Program-made: the position numbers and the translations under genes
The notes under the pieces: model-generated
What the model saw: only the letters and a program-made list of their open reading frames with translations
Databases searched by the model: none
What the model was told of the DNA's origin: nothing
Shown here: piece by piece, positions 23,035 to 35,048 of the stretch
Layout of the letters: each line of letters opens with the position of its first letter
Numbering within the stretch: the stretch's first letter is position 1
From: Nemertoderma westbladi
Taxonomy: Eukaryota > Animalia > Xenacoelomorpha
NCBI GenBank assembly: GCA_032718475.1
Contig: JAUCBJ010006860.1
Span: 1-40,360 of the forward strand
Length of the DNA: 40,360 nucleotides
Direction of reading: 5' to 3'

Positions 23035-23298
23035 GAGTACAGTATACAAACAGTAGGCCAGTAAGTAACAGTACAGCAGTAGGCCTAACAATACAGTACT
23101 GCTATACCGGTACCGGTAACAATTTTTATAAGTTTCTATCCGATTTCATGATTGTTTGGCTAGTGTCGTTCAAACGTACTAATACCCATGGAGCTACGGG
23201 TAGGACAGTACAGCAGTAGGAATAATCCCAAAGTCGGTGATTTTTGCGTAGGGCTGTGGCTGTAGGGCCTAAATCAGTAAATATTAGCTAGCTGCCTA

Positions 23299-24714
23299 GG
23301 CCACAAGTCCCTAAAAGGTGCCACCCTGCTCCATAGCGCGGGAAATTCAAATGATTGAAAGACATGTTATTTGTACTGGAAAGGGTGGCAGATCAGATCT
23401 GCCACTGCCACCTATATATTGGCGGTAAATTCAAATTTGTTTTAACATTGAATACATGAATAGAGTAAGACCAATCTGCCAATGTAATTCATTGAATTCA
23501 TTCATTGAATTCAATTATTTATTATCGGTTTAACTCACTCATCCGTTAACGTTGTTGATTTATCTATTCTGGGACTTCGAGCAGCACGTGAACAACTAAA
23601 CCAGCACGCTAACTACCGGTAGTCTGGGGCTTCGAGCACCATGTGAAACAACTAAACTGGCTGGTTACCTAGTCTGGGACTTTGAGCAGCACGTGAACAA
23701 CTAAACCAGCACGTTAACTTGTCTGGGGCTTCGAGCAGCACGTGAACAACTAAACTGGCTGGTTACCTAGTCTGGGACTCCGAGCAGCACGTGAACAACT
23801 AAACCTGCACGTTAACTAGTCTGGGACTTCGAGCAGCACGTGAAAAACTAAGCTGACTGGTTAACTAGTCTGGGATTTCGAGCAGCACGTATACAATTAT
23901 AAATGCTGCCTGGTTAACAAGTCTGGGACATGTCTGGGACAGATATAGCAGTATAGGCAGAAGCATTATACACATATTGTAATTACAGTAGGTCGGCCTA
24001 CCTGCGATATATTTTACTAAAACAATAAAATAGGACATGGGGTCTTATTCCCTCAGATACTCTTAGCATTTAGGGCCACTTTTGGCCACTGTTAGTACTC
24101 AGGCACTAAGGCCCATCAAAAAACAAAATACCAAATCGATTTTAGTGCTACATAACCCAACCCAACTACCACAAGAAAAATTGCACCAAACCATACAGTA
24201 ACTACAGGTTCCGGTAAGTATTGCACGAAAATATATTTTACTATATCAGTTCCCTGCTATATTGTTATAATTATTATGTTCTGATGTAATTATAACTGAT
24301 ACAAGCAAATAATAAATGTTCTTTACATTTTACTGATAGAAGTTAAGCCAAATCCCCCGACCCCCCCCCCCCCCCCCCCCCCCCCTCCTCAATTTGCAAT
24401 TTTGCTCGAAGTCCCAGACTAGTTAACCAGTCAGCTTAGTTGTTCACGTGCTGCTCGAAGTCCCAGAATAGATAAAACAACAACAATAACGGATGAGTGA
24501 GTTAACCGATAAGAAATAATTTATTCTGATTCAATGAATTACATTTAGTCTTACTCTATTCATGTATTCAATGTTAAAACAGATTTGAATTTACCGCCAA
24601 AATATAGGTAGCAGATCTGATCTGCCACCCTTTCCAGTACAAATTACATGACTTTCAATCATTTGAATTTACCGCGCTATGGAGCAGGGTGGCACCTTTT
24701 AGGGACTTGTTGCC
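23299..24714. mobile_element. Non-autonomous DNA transposon with about 300-bp terminal inverted repeats
   Basis: 23299-23610 is the reverse complement of about 24405-24714. Termini GGC...GCC are flanked by TA on both sides. No ORF. Confidence 0.85.
23568..23940. repeat. About 49-bp minisatellite, about 7.5 units, with alternating A/B variants
   Basis: TCTGGGACTTCGAGCAGCACGTGAACAACTAAA core followed alternately by CCAGCACGTTAAC or CTGGCTGGTTACC. Confidence 0.9.
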
Positions 24715-25528
24715 TAGGCCAGATGCAAGATAGGCTACGAGTCAGTGCAAGTGCAAGTACCAAGGCCTACCAGTAAACAGTGAAATTTAAATTTAGCGTA
24801 TTTTAATGTTATCCATTAATCTGTCAGTCAAGAAAAGACATTAATTTGTCAGATCGAATATTAATGTATGTTTCGGTTCGGGGACGTAAACTTAAGTAAG
24901 AGCGTTGTGAAGGGGCTGTGATGTCGGAGGGGGTGGTGTAGCGTCTAGACTCATCTAATATACTGTAATGTAATCAATGCTATGCAAATGTGAGTATATT
25001 GCAGTAAAATGTGAATATAATCATACCCAAGCCATTTACGGCTGCAGCCCGACAGCCAATAGAAACAGGTCAGCTTTACTTTACTATAATGTTTCTCCTT
25101 ATGTTTGACCCACTATACTCACACTACTACTGGTTGACTCATGCTAAATAAATGTTCTGGAATGGATATTTACGACGCTGGCTCATGTTGATTAATGGCC
25201 CTCCTATTTTTAGGTCCGCGTAACGAGACCTCTAGTATTCACTCCGTTGTTTCTTTTTCCTTTACGCCTCAAATCGAGGTAAAATATATATTTCAAACAA
25301 AAACAGCACAAATAGTAAGTGATTAATGAGGAGCACGGAACAGTTACTAGAACGTAAGTCGTATCCTGTCCTTGGACTACTAAAGGGCGGTTAGTTCGGT
25401 ACCGATTGGAGCAGACCGGCAGATACAGGTGTGGGATGGTTCGTGAAACGGCCGGGAGGTGGCGCATATATGGTGGTGGAAACCGTGGTTGTTGCTCTGG
25501 CAACTACCGGTACGTGACGGTTTCTTTG

Positions 25529-25741
25529 GGGTAGGTGTAAAACGCGGATCCGGATTCAAAAATTATCAATTAAGGGAAAAGAGCAGGTTACAGTTGCACG
25601 TTATTTTAACCAAAACAATAAACTACAGTCAATAGAACAGGTTATAGTTTTATTTTTGGGAGTTATAAAAATGTAAACAAAATCGACTTCCGTAATGACA
25701 ATGTTAAATGTAGAATCCGGATCCGCGTTTTACTCTGACCC
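25529..25741. mobile_element. Short MITE with a 9-bp TSD (Mutator-like)
   Basis: TIR GGGT...GTAAAACGCGGATCCGGATTC / GAATCCGGATCCGCGTTTTAC...ACCC; TSD GTTTCTTTG at 25520-25528 and 25742-25750. Confidence 0.88.
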
Positions 25742-26109
25742 GTTTCTTTGTTTTGCCTGTAACCAGGTGACCGAGTGGAAAGCAGGACCCATCATGTAGT
25801 ATTCGATGATGAAGTTTCTCTCACGATCCGCGCGGAATTCACAGTACTGGGTAATCAAATCACATATTTTTCTAAAACGTCTTCAGTAAATGACTGTTGT
25901 TGAACTAAATAAAGGGACAATGTCGAAGAAGCTGATTTATGTAATCTAGTAGTCTTTTGATATAAGATTATTTAATTTTGTCGAGCTGTTTTAAACTCGG
26001 GAGTGAGAGAAGCGGGCAAAAATGGGGAGACAATAAAATGATAGAGGATATATTTTGATTTTAAACAAGAGAAAACCGGCCTTTATTTTTCTTAATTATG
26101 AATGAATAA

Positions 26110-26340
26110 TATTTGATTGACGAAGACCGTCGAAAATCCGGATATAATTATTACAAAGTAGATCCTTAATAATATCAAAAGTTTTACCTTTTACTCCGAA
26201 GTTGTATAAGTCCCTGTTGACGAAGTCGAAGGACTTTTTAAAATTCACAAAAACCGCATATTTTTCTGTTGCGAGACCTTAGTAGATTGATTGCAAGGCG
26301 ATATGTATGTCCGAGAGGAATCCTTCTATCCGGTGGAATT
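26110..26340 (-). pseudogene. Degenerate LINE reverse transcriptase fragment
   Basis: A minus-strand frame reads YAVFVNFKKSFDFVNRDLYNFGVKGKTFDIIKDLL, resembling the RT FxDFxKAFDxV...GxxG motif. Confidence 0.6.
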
Positions 26341-26961
26341 TGTAGTAAGATTGTTAGTAAGCCATTCAAGGAGGAGACAGTTCGTGCGTTAGTAGACGCG
26401 GACCTTTGCGCGATTTCGCGGTTGTTTACACTGGCATTATATCCCCATTGTTCCTCGACCATGGATATCACCCCACTATGATACAGTAATGATATGCAGA
26501 GCTGAGCTGATATCAGATGGACCGAGTCGTATGACAGTACTTTATATCACACCAATGACTTATATGAGTACACTTTATCTCCCAAACTTTATCACATAAA
26601 TTCTGTAACCTCTCAAATTCGGATAAAAGGGTAATAATTTATTTTATTTTATTTTATTAATATAATGGCAAGGTATTTAGGTATCATTGTAAATAAATAT
26701 TGAGATTTAAAAAAACAGAAATGCTAAACAAAAATTTCAAATCAAACTACAGCCTTTTATTATGGGATAAGTAGAAAGTGATAAATCTCCCTCACAGAAG
26801 AATTATAAAAGTTACTGAGAATTACCAATTATTATAAATTGGACATTTAGTTATATAATTTATAAATAAAAGGAGCAAATAAATATATTATTATTGATAA
26901 ATTGTTCGTTAACAGTAGCACATCATCATTAGCTAAGTTAGCATTCAATTAGCCGTAGAAG

Positions 26962-28016
26962 CTAAAAGTCGATAACTTCGCCCTGATTGTCGTAATCGTT
27001 GTAGGCGATCCAATCGCGAGCGATGGGAGCCGAGAGCATCCAATCGGGAGTCCCGAAGGCGTCGGCGATAGCGAGGGACTGCGGCGCCATGTGGCGGCAC
27101 AGCCCCCGGACGGCCGGACCCACAGCGGACGCGGCCTCCGTCGTCAGGATACCCGAGCACATATAGTAAGCGAGGTCGCGTTCGATCGCGGCGAGCGCGT
27201 AGAGTTTATAGAGACGAGTTAATACGGGTTGGATGGCCGGATCCGCGCCGGAGACGCGATCGATGAAGGCGGCGCTGACCAGTCGCTCGGCGTAGCTGCG
27301 CGCCGCGTGTTGGACCTCGTCGCTGAGTCGGCACATCCAGGCGTCGTAGACCCCGGCGGCCCCCCCGACGGCCGACAGCGCGCCGCCTAACTCCATAAAC
27401 ACGGCGTCCTCCCGGCGTCGCAGGAGGTAATGAAGGAACTCAACCGAGTCGAAATCAGCGGCGGGGGCCGAACCGAAGTCCTCGGGTTCGAACACAGCCA
27501 ACCGCTCTTTAGCTACTTTTTGCATGAGAACGCTGTTGTCGCCTTCAGCCGTCATTGAGGCGTGCGTCAACCCTACGAATATACCGAAACGATTGGCCGA
27601 CAGGTAGCCCTGGCCGCCGCACCGCTCCCGACACACCGTAGCAACCTCCTCCCCGTGCCACGACACCAGCGGTTTAATCGCACAGCACATTGTGACTAGC
27701 TCGTTGTGCTCGTCCGTGCCGGCCGTCGCGTACCGGTCCTTCACGTAGTCGACCCCCACGTTCATGGCGACGGTGGCGGCTAGCAGCGGGAGCAGCGCGC
27801 GTTGCTGCAGCTCGTACCGGAGTATCGGGGTGTCCGACCGTCCGGTCGGTCCGACAGCCAGACGGGTCGCCGCGTATCGGAACGCGATGGCGAGCGCCGC
27901 CTTGGTGCAGCCCACCGACATACTCGCGATGCAGATACGGCCGGAGAGGAGCTGGTCGGCCACGGTGAGGAAGCGGCCCCGGTTGCTGGGGATGGAGGTG
28001 GTGAAACGGCCGTCGG
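26962..28016 (-). CDS. Acyl-CoA oxidase-family protein, exon 2
   Basis: Motifs [19 protein letters not shown] and [12 protein letters not shown]. Acceptor (C)n-ACAG at 28017; the phase-1 junction with exon 1 reads SDVE-A-DGRF. Confidence 0.92.
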
Positions 28017-29020
28017 CTGTGGGGGGGGGGGGGGGGGGGGGGGGTAATATTTATTATTTCCCATCAAATCTATTACTTTTAAGTTAAAAAAATTGAATTA
28101 AAAAAAACTTACACCTTTCTACCCTTATTGCCTTATTTAGCCTTGCTGCACACAGGTCTGGTTGGTTGATAGTGTCTGGTACCGACCGGTACTAAGAAGG
28201 GGGATTTCTGAGTCGCTGATATTATTTCCGACGTTAATTTGAATTTTTGGCGGAATTTAGTCTGTCTGTCTGTCTGTCTGTTTGTCGGTCTTGCTTTTAA
28301 CGAAGAGACGGTCAGTAAGGTATCTCTATCGAGAACTACAAGATGCCGCTGATACGTAAGAGGTTTTATTTTTAAGATATCAAATTCTGAAAAAGATCAT
28401 TAGATTCTAATTATAAATAAAAAATCTCGATAAAGTAATGTCCGCATTTGCGAACAATGAAGTTATTATCCAATCCAGGAATGCAGCTAAATAACTATTT
28501 CTTTTACATAAATAATGTAACACATTTCCGTCCGACTTTTTAATCCGAAGTTTCAATGAATAATAAGAGTAACCGAGGAAATACGGAAGTAGGACAACAA
28601 CAAATTATTTTATTCTTAAATTGTTACTTTTTCGCTCAAAATTAGACCGAAATCGGGAGAAAAAGTTGCACTTTTTTCTATAGGGAGAAAAAGTAACCCA
28701 TAGGATTGCATTGCCTCGAGAATAATGAAAAAAAGTTATACTTTATTTCCCATGTAATAAATATTTATATTTTAGTGAAATATGTTGTTTTCTTTAAGAT
28801 ATTAACTTTTGAATTAGAAGTTTAACGTAACAAATTTATCGCAAATTTAAGGTAAATTCTGCACTAATTTCTAATTAAATAATACTAGCTACTACTGTAC
28901 TGGTACTGGTACTAGGCCTATATTAGCTATACTTCGTGGGTGAAGGTGATATTCGAGAACGGTAATCAAATAATTAAACCAACAATTTAATTAAACTAGT
29001 TAAATTTATATATAAAGTAA

Positions 29021-29274
29021 ATTTTCTTCGGCCGTTAGGCCAGGGATTACCCACAAAGTCTGACGACTTATTTCCAGTGCGGTCCCCCCAGAACTTTACT
29101 CCCCAGAGGAAACTCCAGTACTCATTTAGCTACCGCTTAAGGAGAGATGGGCCCTGGCTGGTCCCTTTAAATCATTCGTGCCGAAACAAAAACTGCCCTG
29201 GCCCATGTGAGGATTGAACCCACGACCTACAGGAGATGTGAATTCAATGCAACCACTACACCAAGGTGGAACCT
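29021..29274 (-). mobile_element. tRNA-derived SINE in the acyl-CoA oxidase intron
   Basis: A box TGGTGTAGTGG (29263-29253) and B box GGTTCAATCC (29220-29211); second copy at 4591-4766. Confidence 0.8.
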
Positions 29275-29495
29275 GGGTTATGATTAACAACGTAATTACT
29301 GTTCTAGAATAAATAATGCGAAATCAACAGAATAAAATTCTAGATCGTTGATTGGATAAATACTTTATGGGCATTAAAGTCTTTATTTTCCGCACTTTTG
29401 CGGATAATAAAGGAGGATATTTAAGGGAAAAAAATTAAGTTAACTTTTACTTTTCGTACTAATTAAATTAATTAATAAACTCTCAACAATCTTAC

Positions 29496-30378
29496 CTTCC
29501 ACATCCGAGTATCTATTCAGTAGATTCTCCCTCGGCACCCGAACATTATCGAAGGATAACTTGGCGTTATCCACCCCATTGAGGGCCATCTTGTAGCCCA
29601 TATCCTGTACGAGGACTCCCTCAACGGGACCCAGACCGTCGTCCCGAATCCTCGCCAATATCCCGTGTATCCCATGGTTGGTTCCGCCCACCAACAGCTG
29701 CGCGAACACAACGCAATGCTTAGCGTGAACCGCCCCATTAGTGATCCAATACTTCTGGGCCACGGTGGTCGGAGTATTAATAATAAACTCGTCTGTCGTC
29801 CCATCGTACGTCGCAGTCGTCTCCATCTCGACGGCGTTGTTACCATAACCTAATTCCGTCAAACCGAAACATCCCACATCAGACAGACTGTCTATACCCG
29901 CTAGAAGGCGTTGGTGGTGTCGTTCGGTCCCCAGTTTCAACACGGTTCCGCCGAATAAGTTAAACTGGACTGTCATTTTGGTCGCCATTGATGCGTCAAT
30001 CACGGCAGCCATCTCGTGAGCGGCGAATATTCGCCACGGATTCTCTTTGAAGTCCAAAACGGAGATGAAGTCGTTATCACAAATGGACTTGAGCCGCTTC
30101 AGTGCGACCTCACGTTCTTCCACCAACGTAATGTTGTATTTGGGTACGAAGAGGGGATCTTTGGCGAACTGACGGAATCGATTCCGCATCTCGTGGTTGT
30201 CGTGGTCCAGGAATTCTGTGAGTTTTTCTGAGTTGAAGTCGGCCGCGGGCCATAGAGATCGGAGTTCACCCGGAGATTTGTATTGCGGTAGACGGCTAGT
30301 TGCGTGGAACTTCCGTTGACTTCGTTTCGAGATGACATTGCGGAGTTGCCGGTTAATTAAAACTACAGGTAAACCCAT
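29496..30378 (-). CDS. Acyl-CoA oxidase-family protein, exon 1 (start codon inferred)
   Basis: Motifs VQFNLFGGTV, GCFGLTELGYG, ETTATYD, KYWI and GYKMALNGVDN. Donor G|GTAAG at 29495. ATG at 30378 gives a 645-aa spliced product. Confidence 0.9.
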
Positions 30379-30544
30379 TATCCAATCGGATACAGTAATA
30401 CCAGAATACAGGTCAGTACTGAGCGGCAGGCAGGTACAGGTAGCTGGGTAGGCCTGCACTACAACAGTGCTACTACCGGTACTATATCCTGATATCTGTA
30501 GGCCTATATGCAGCAATACTGCAAACAAATACAATACAGCTACA

Positions 30545-30600
30545 GGGTAAATCTTTTCGACCTACGCGTAGGCCTACGCGTAGGTCGAAAAGATTTACCC
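30545..30600. mobile_element. 56-bp perfect palindrome flanked by an 8-bp direct repeat (miniature transposon)
   Basis: GGGTAAATCTTTTCGACCTACGCGTAGG followed by its exact reverse complement; CAGCTACA at 30537-30544 and 30601-30608. Confidence 0.85.
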
Positions 30601-30779
30601 CAGCTACACAGTTGACATACAGTATGTTAAATTATATTTGATATTGAATATAGAGGAAGGTTAATGACCTCATTTTGTCATCTAGGCATACAATATTGCT
30701 GTATTGTGCAAGAATGTTATCATGGCAGATTTTGATTTGATAAACAACCAGTTCCTGATTGGGGAATCGATAGATTAAT

Positions 30780-33021
30780 TAGGTTAGATAGATAGATTGG
30801 GTTAGGTTAAATAGGTTAGATAGATCGATTGGGTTAGGTTAAATAGGTTAGATAGATAGATTGGGTTAGGTTAAATAGGTTAGATAGATCGATTGGGTTA
30901 GGTTAAATAGGTTAGATAGATAGATTGGGTTAGGTTAAATAGGTTTATAGATAGATCGATTGGGTTACGTTAAATAGGTTAGATAGATAGATTGGGTTAG
31001 GTTAAATAGGTTAGATAGATAGATAGGGTTAGGTTAAATAGGTTAGATAGATAGATAGGGTTAGGTTAAATAGGTTAGATAGATAGATAGGGTTAGGTTA
31101 AATAGGTTAGATAGATATATTGGGTTAGGTTAAATAGGTTAGATAGATAGATTGGGTTAGGTTAAATAGGTTTATAGATAGATCGATTGGGTTACGTTAA
31201 ATAGGTTAGATAGATAGATTAGGTTAGGTTAACTAGGTTAGATAGATAGATTGGGTTAGGTTAACTAGGTTAGATAGATAGATTGGGTTAGGTTAAATAG
31301 GTTAGATAGATAGATTGGGTTAGGTTAAATAGGTTAGATAGATAGATTGGGTTAGGTTAAATAGGTTAGATAGATAGATTGGGTTAGGTTAAATAGGTTA
31401 GATAGATAGATTGGGTTAGGTTAAATAGGTTATATAGATAGATTGGGTTAGGTTAAATAGGTTAGATAGATAGATTGGGTTAGGTTAAATAGGTTAGATA
31501 GATAGATTGGGTTAGGTTAAATAGGTTAGATAGATAGATTGGGTTAGGTTAAATAGGTTAGATAGATAGATTGGGTTAGGTTAAATAGGTTAGATAGATA
31601 GATTGGGTTAGGTTAAATAGGTTAGATAGATAGATTGGGTTAGGTTAAATAGGTTAGATAGATAGATTGGGTTAGGTTAAATAGGTTAGATAGATAGATT
31701 GGGTTAGGTTAAATAGGTTAGATAGATAGATTAGGTTAGGTTAAATAGGTTAGTTAGATAGATTGGGTTAGGTTAAATAGGTTAGATAGATAGATTGGGT
31801 TAGGTTAAATAGGTTAGATAGATAGATTGGGTTAGGTTAAATAGGTTAGATAGATAGATTGGGTTAGGTTAAATAGGTTAGATAGATAGATTGGGTTAGG
31901 TTAAATAGGTTAGATAGATAGATTGGGTTAGGTTAAATAGGTTAGATAGATCGATTGGGTTAGGTTAAATAGGTTAGATAGATAGATTGGGTTAGGTTAA
32001 ATAGGTTAGATAGATAGATTGGGTTAGGTTAAATAGGTTAGATAGATAGATTGGGTTAGGTTAAATAGGTTAGATAGATAGATTGGGTTAGGTTAAATAG
32101 GTTAGATTGATAGATTGGGTTAGGTTAAATAGGTTAGATAGATATATTGGGTTAGGTTAAATAGGTTAGATAGATAGATAGGGTTAGGTTAAATAGGTTA
32201 GATACTGTAGATAGATTGGGTTAGGTTAAATAGGTTAGATAGATAGATTGGGTTAGGTTAAATAGGTTAGATAGATAGATAGGGTTAGGTTAAATAGGTT
32301 AGATACTGTAGATAGATTGGGTTAGGTTAAATAGGTTAGATAGATAGATTGGGTTAGGTTAAATAGGTTAGATAGATAGATTGGGTTAGGTTAAATAGGT
32401 TAGATAGATAGATTGGGTTAGGTTAAATAGGTTAGATAGATAGATTGGGTTACGTTAAATAGGTTAGATAGATAGATTGGGTTAGGTTAAATAGGTTAGA
32501 TAGATAGATTGGGTTAGGTTAAATAGGTTAGATAGATAGATTAGGTTAGGTTAAATAGGTTAGTTAGATAGATTGGGTTAGGTTAAATAGGTTAGATAGA
32601 TAGATTGGGTTAGGTTAACTAAGTTAGATAGATAGATTGGGTTAGGTTAAATAGGTTAGATATATAGATTGGGTTAGGTTAAATAGGTTAGATAGATTGG
32701 GTTAGGTTAAATAGGTTAGATAGATAGATTGGGTTAGGTTAAATAGGTTAGATAGATAGATTAGGTTAGGTTAACTAGGTTAGATAGATAGATTGGGTTA
32801 GGTTAACTAGGTTAGATAGATATATTGGGTTAGGTTAAATAGGTTAGATAGATAGATTGGGTTAGGTTAACTAGGTTAGATAGATAGATTGGGTTAGGTT
32901 AAATAGGTTAGATAGATCGATTGGGTTAGGTTAAATAGGTTAGATAGATAGATTGGGTTAGGTTAAATAGGTTAGATAGATCGATTGGGTTAGGTTAAAT
33001 AGGTTAGATAGATAGATTGGG
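30780..33021. repeat. 32-bp tandem satellite, about 70 copies
   Basis: Unit GGGTTAGGTTAAATAGGTTAGATAGATAGATT; register recurs exactly at 31381 and 31861 (15 x 32). Confidence 0.97.
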
Positions 33022-33184
33022 AATATTGGGGTTCGCTTCCCTTTCCTGTGTCAAATTGATACTGTATTTGGTCAGGAAAATAATTAAATATGTGTAAGAG
33101 AGAAAGAACTTAACCAATTTCATCTTTAAAATAGTAGCATTTTATTACAGTATGTTATATTTTAAATAGATACTGTATATTACA

Positions 33185-33531
33185 GGGCTCCAGTAAGGAC
33201 ATAGAAGCTAGGAAAGCAAAGGCTTGGGTAGCTCTATCAAAAATGGATACCATTTGGAAATCAGATCTCTCCAGGCACCTGAAGACTAAGTTCTTTCGAG
33301 CCACAGTGGAAAGTGTATTTTTATACGGGGGTGAGACCTGGACACTGACTAAATTACTTGAACAACGAATTGATGTTGTTACACAAGACTACTAAGAGCA
33401 GCCCTAAACATCAGCTGGAGACAACACATGACAAATGCCGAGCTTTATGGTACAATACCACCTGTATGAACCACCCTCCGTGAACGCAGATTAAGATTCA
33501 GTGGGCACTGCTGGCGAAGTAAAGACGAGGT
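33185..33531 (+). pseudogene. RTE-type LINE fragment (C-terminal to RT)
   Basis: DIEARKAKAW...IWKS...FFRATVESVFLYGGETWTLT...RLLRAALNISW...RRLRFSGHCWR, with a frameshift and a stop. Cut at 33532 by an LTR. Confidence 0.85.
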
Positions 33532-33889
33532 TGTAATGATTGTTTATACAATCAACAATCTGAATTAACTGTGAACCATAATATTGTTTATTAGAGGGAA
33601 TTCCCATTTCACAGCTATCCGCAATGCGAACTAATAACTCTTCATATTAATACTGAATACCAGCTGAAGTACTTTATCCAGTGGTTATTGGGTATAGCAT
33701 TATATCATAGGGATATTGTGTATGGGGAAATTAATTCGCTCTGTGGCGATTACAATTGAATAATTATGACTAAAGTTAATTTATCAAATCTTTGAAAGAT
33801 TTTAGTTACTTTATTTCATTTAACATTTAAATATTATAATTATCGTATTATAATTCAATTATTTTATTTCGTTATAATGGAATATAACA
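33532..33889 (+). mobile_element. 5' LTR of a Ty3/gypsy-like retrotransposon
   Basis: Starts TGTAAT where RTE similarity stops and ends ATAACA directly before a TGG PBS. The partner LTR is not in the window. Confidence 0.7.
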
Positions 33890-33900
33890 TGGCGCAGTGA
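33890..33900 (+). promoter_or_regulatory. Canonical tRNA primer-binding site (TGGCGCAGT, tRNA-Ser-like)
   Basis: TGG directly after the LTR CA and 60 bp before the gag ATG. Confidence 0.7.
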
Positions 33901-33949
33901 AATCAAATTACCTACGTGAATTAATCCCATTTCTCACCCTAAAGTTAGC

Positions 33950-35048
33950 ATGTCAATGACAGGGAAACAAGAAGAAGTTGGGGCTGCAAAGCGTCGGAGA
34001 GGAGCTTTAAAAGGTCAACTCACAATGGCTGAGAACAACTTGATAAAAGCTCTCGACGAAGTCAACAGGTTGGATCCAACAGAGAGAACAACTGCAGACA
34101 TTAGCCGACTAAACCAACGACTCAAACGTCTCCATGGTGCGTATGAAGCTTATGAAGCTGCGCATATAAATGTTAGTATATTGACAGAAGTTGACCCATC
34201 TATTGATGACGACTATATTACTTTGGGGGAGAAAGCTGCAGCTATTGACGATTTAGCAGCAATGGTAGACACATCGATTGATTTAAAACCGCGTACCCAT
34301 CCACCAACTGGTCACCATGGCGAATTTCGATCCCACGAATCAGAAATTCGTCCACACTTAGCAGCCGCATCAAAAACCATTAAAACCCCTTCAGTTATTG
34401 AAGCCGGTATTGATGCCAAACAATTTGATGGTTGGCTCCAGGTATGGCGCATTTATGTTCAAGCATCAAATCTTGAGGCTATGCCACCTAGAAACCAGAT
34501 TGGAATGCTTTGGTCATGTTTTTCAGCTTCGTTTGCTTCAGAGGTCCGTCATGTCATGGATATTGACTATGAAAAGATAACTCACGTAAACGAGGCCATT
34601 CAATTAATTGAGAAACATCTGCGTGACAAACGCAACCAAGCATTAGATTGGCAAATATTATTAAAAGTACGCCAATCGTCGTCAATGGCATTCTTTTTAT
34701 CAGATATTGAAGAAAAGCTTAAATGGGTAGAAGTTGACAAGGAACAGCTTCACATAGCCTTATTAATTCTCGGTGTGAAAAACGAGGAAATTCGGAGAGA
34801 AGTAATCAAAGAACGTCCACCAACTGTAGTTAAAGCCAAGAAGTTGATGTTGGCTCTAGAAGAGTCATATGGAGCCATCAAATCACTGGCTACTGGCAAT
34901 GGTGGAGAGAAACCTTCGATTGCTGCAACCACTAAAAAATCAAATTACAAAAAGAACAAGGAATCGGGTTGGAACAAATCTCAAAATACTGACAATTGTA
35001 AGGTGGCGGATAAACAGAAGGATTATCACAATACTTCTGCAAACCCAA
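33950..35048 (+). CDS. Gag-like protein of the gypsy-like element, truncated by BEL copy B
   Basis: 367-aa ORF after LTR and PBS, with FDGWLQVWRIY and LILGVKNEEIRREV gag-like segments. Its stop codon is supplied by the inserted LTR. Confidence 0.7.

Noticed and set aside
23568-23940. CRISPR-like repeat/spacer appearance
   Set aside because: The spacers are about 16 nt and alternate between two related sequences, there are no cas genes, and the array lies inside a eukaryotic TIR element.
28140-28900. Possible repetitive element with (CTGT)n in the intron
   Set aside because: No termini, TSD or second copy identifiable in the window.
29190-29274. tRNA gene
   Set aside because: A and B boxes are present but there is no convincing cloverleaf, and it continues into a body shared with 4591-4766, so it is a SINE head.
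30379-30534. N-terminal extension of the 364-aa ORF
   Set aside because: It begins at a non-ATG codon in low-complexity TACCGGTA/TAGGCCTA-rich sequence, so it is probably UTR or promoter.
30780-33021. True telomere
   Set aside because: Internal location and a 32-bp composite unit rather than pure (TTAGG)n.
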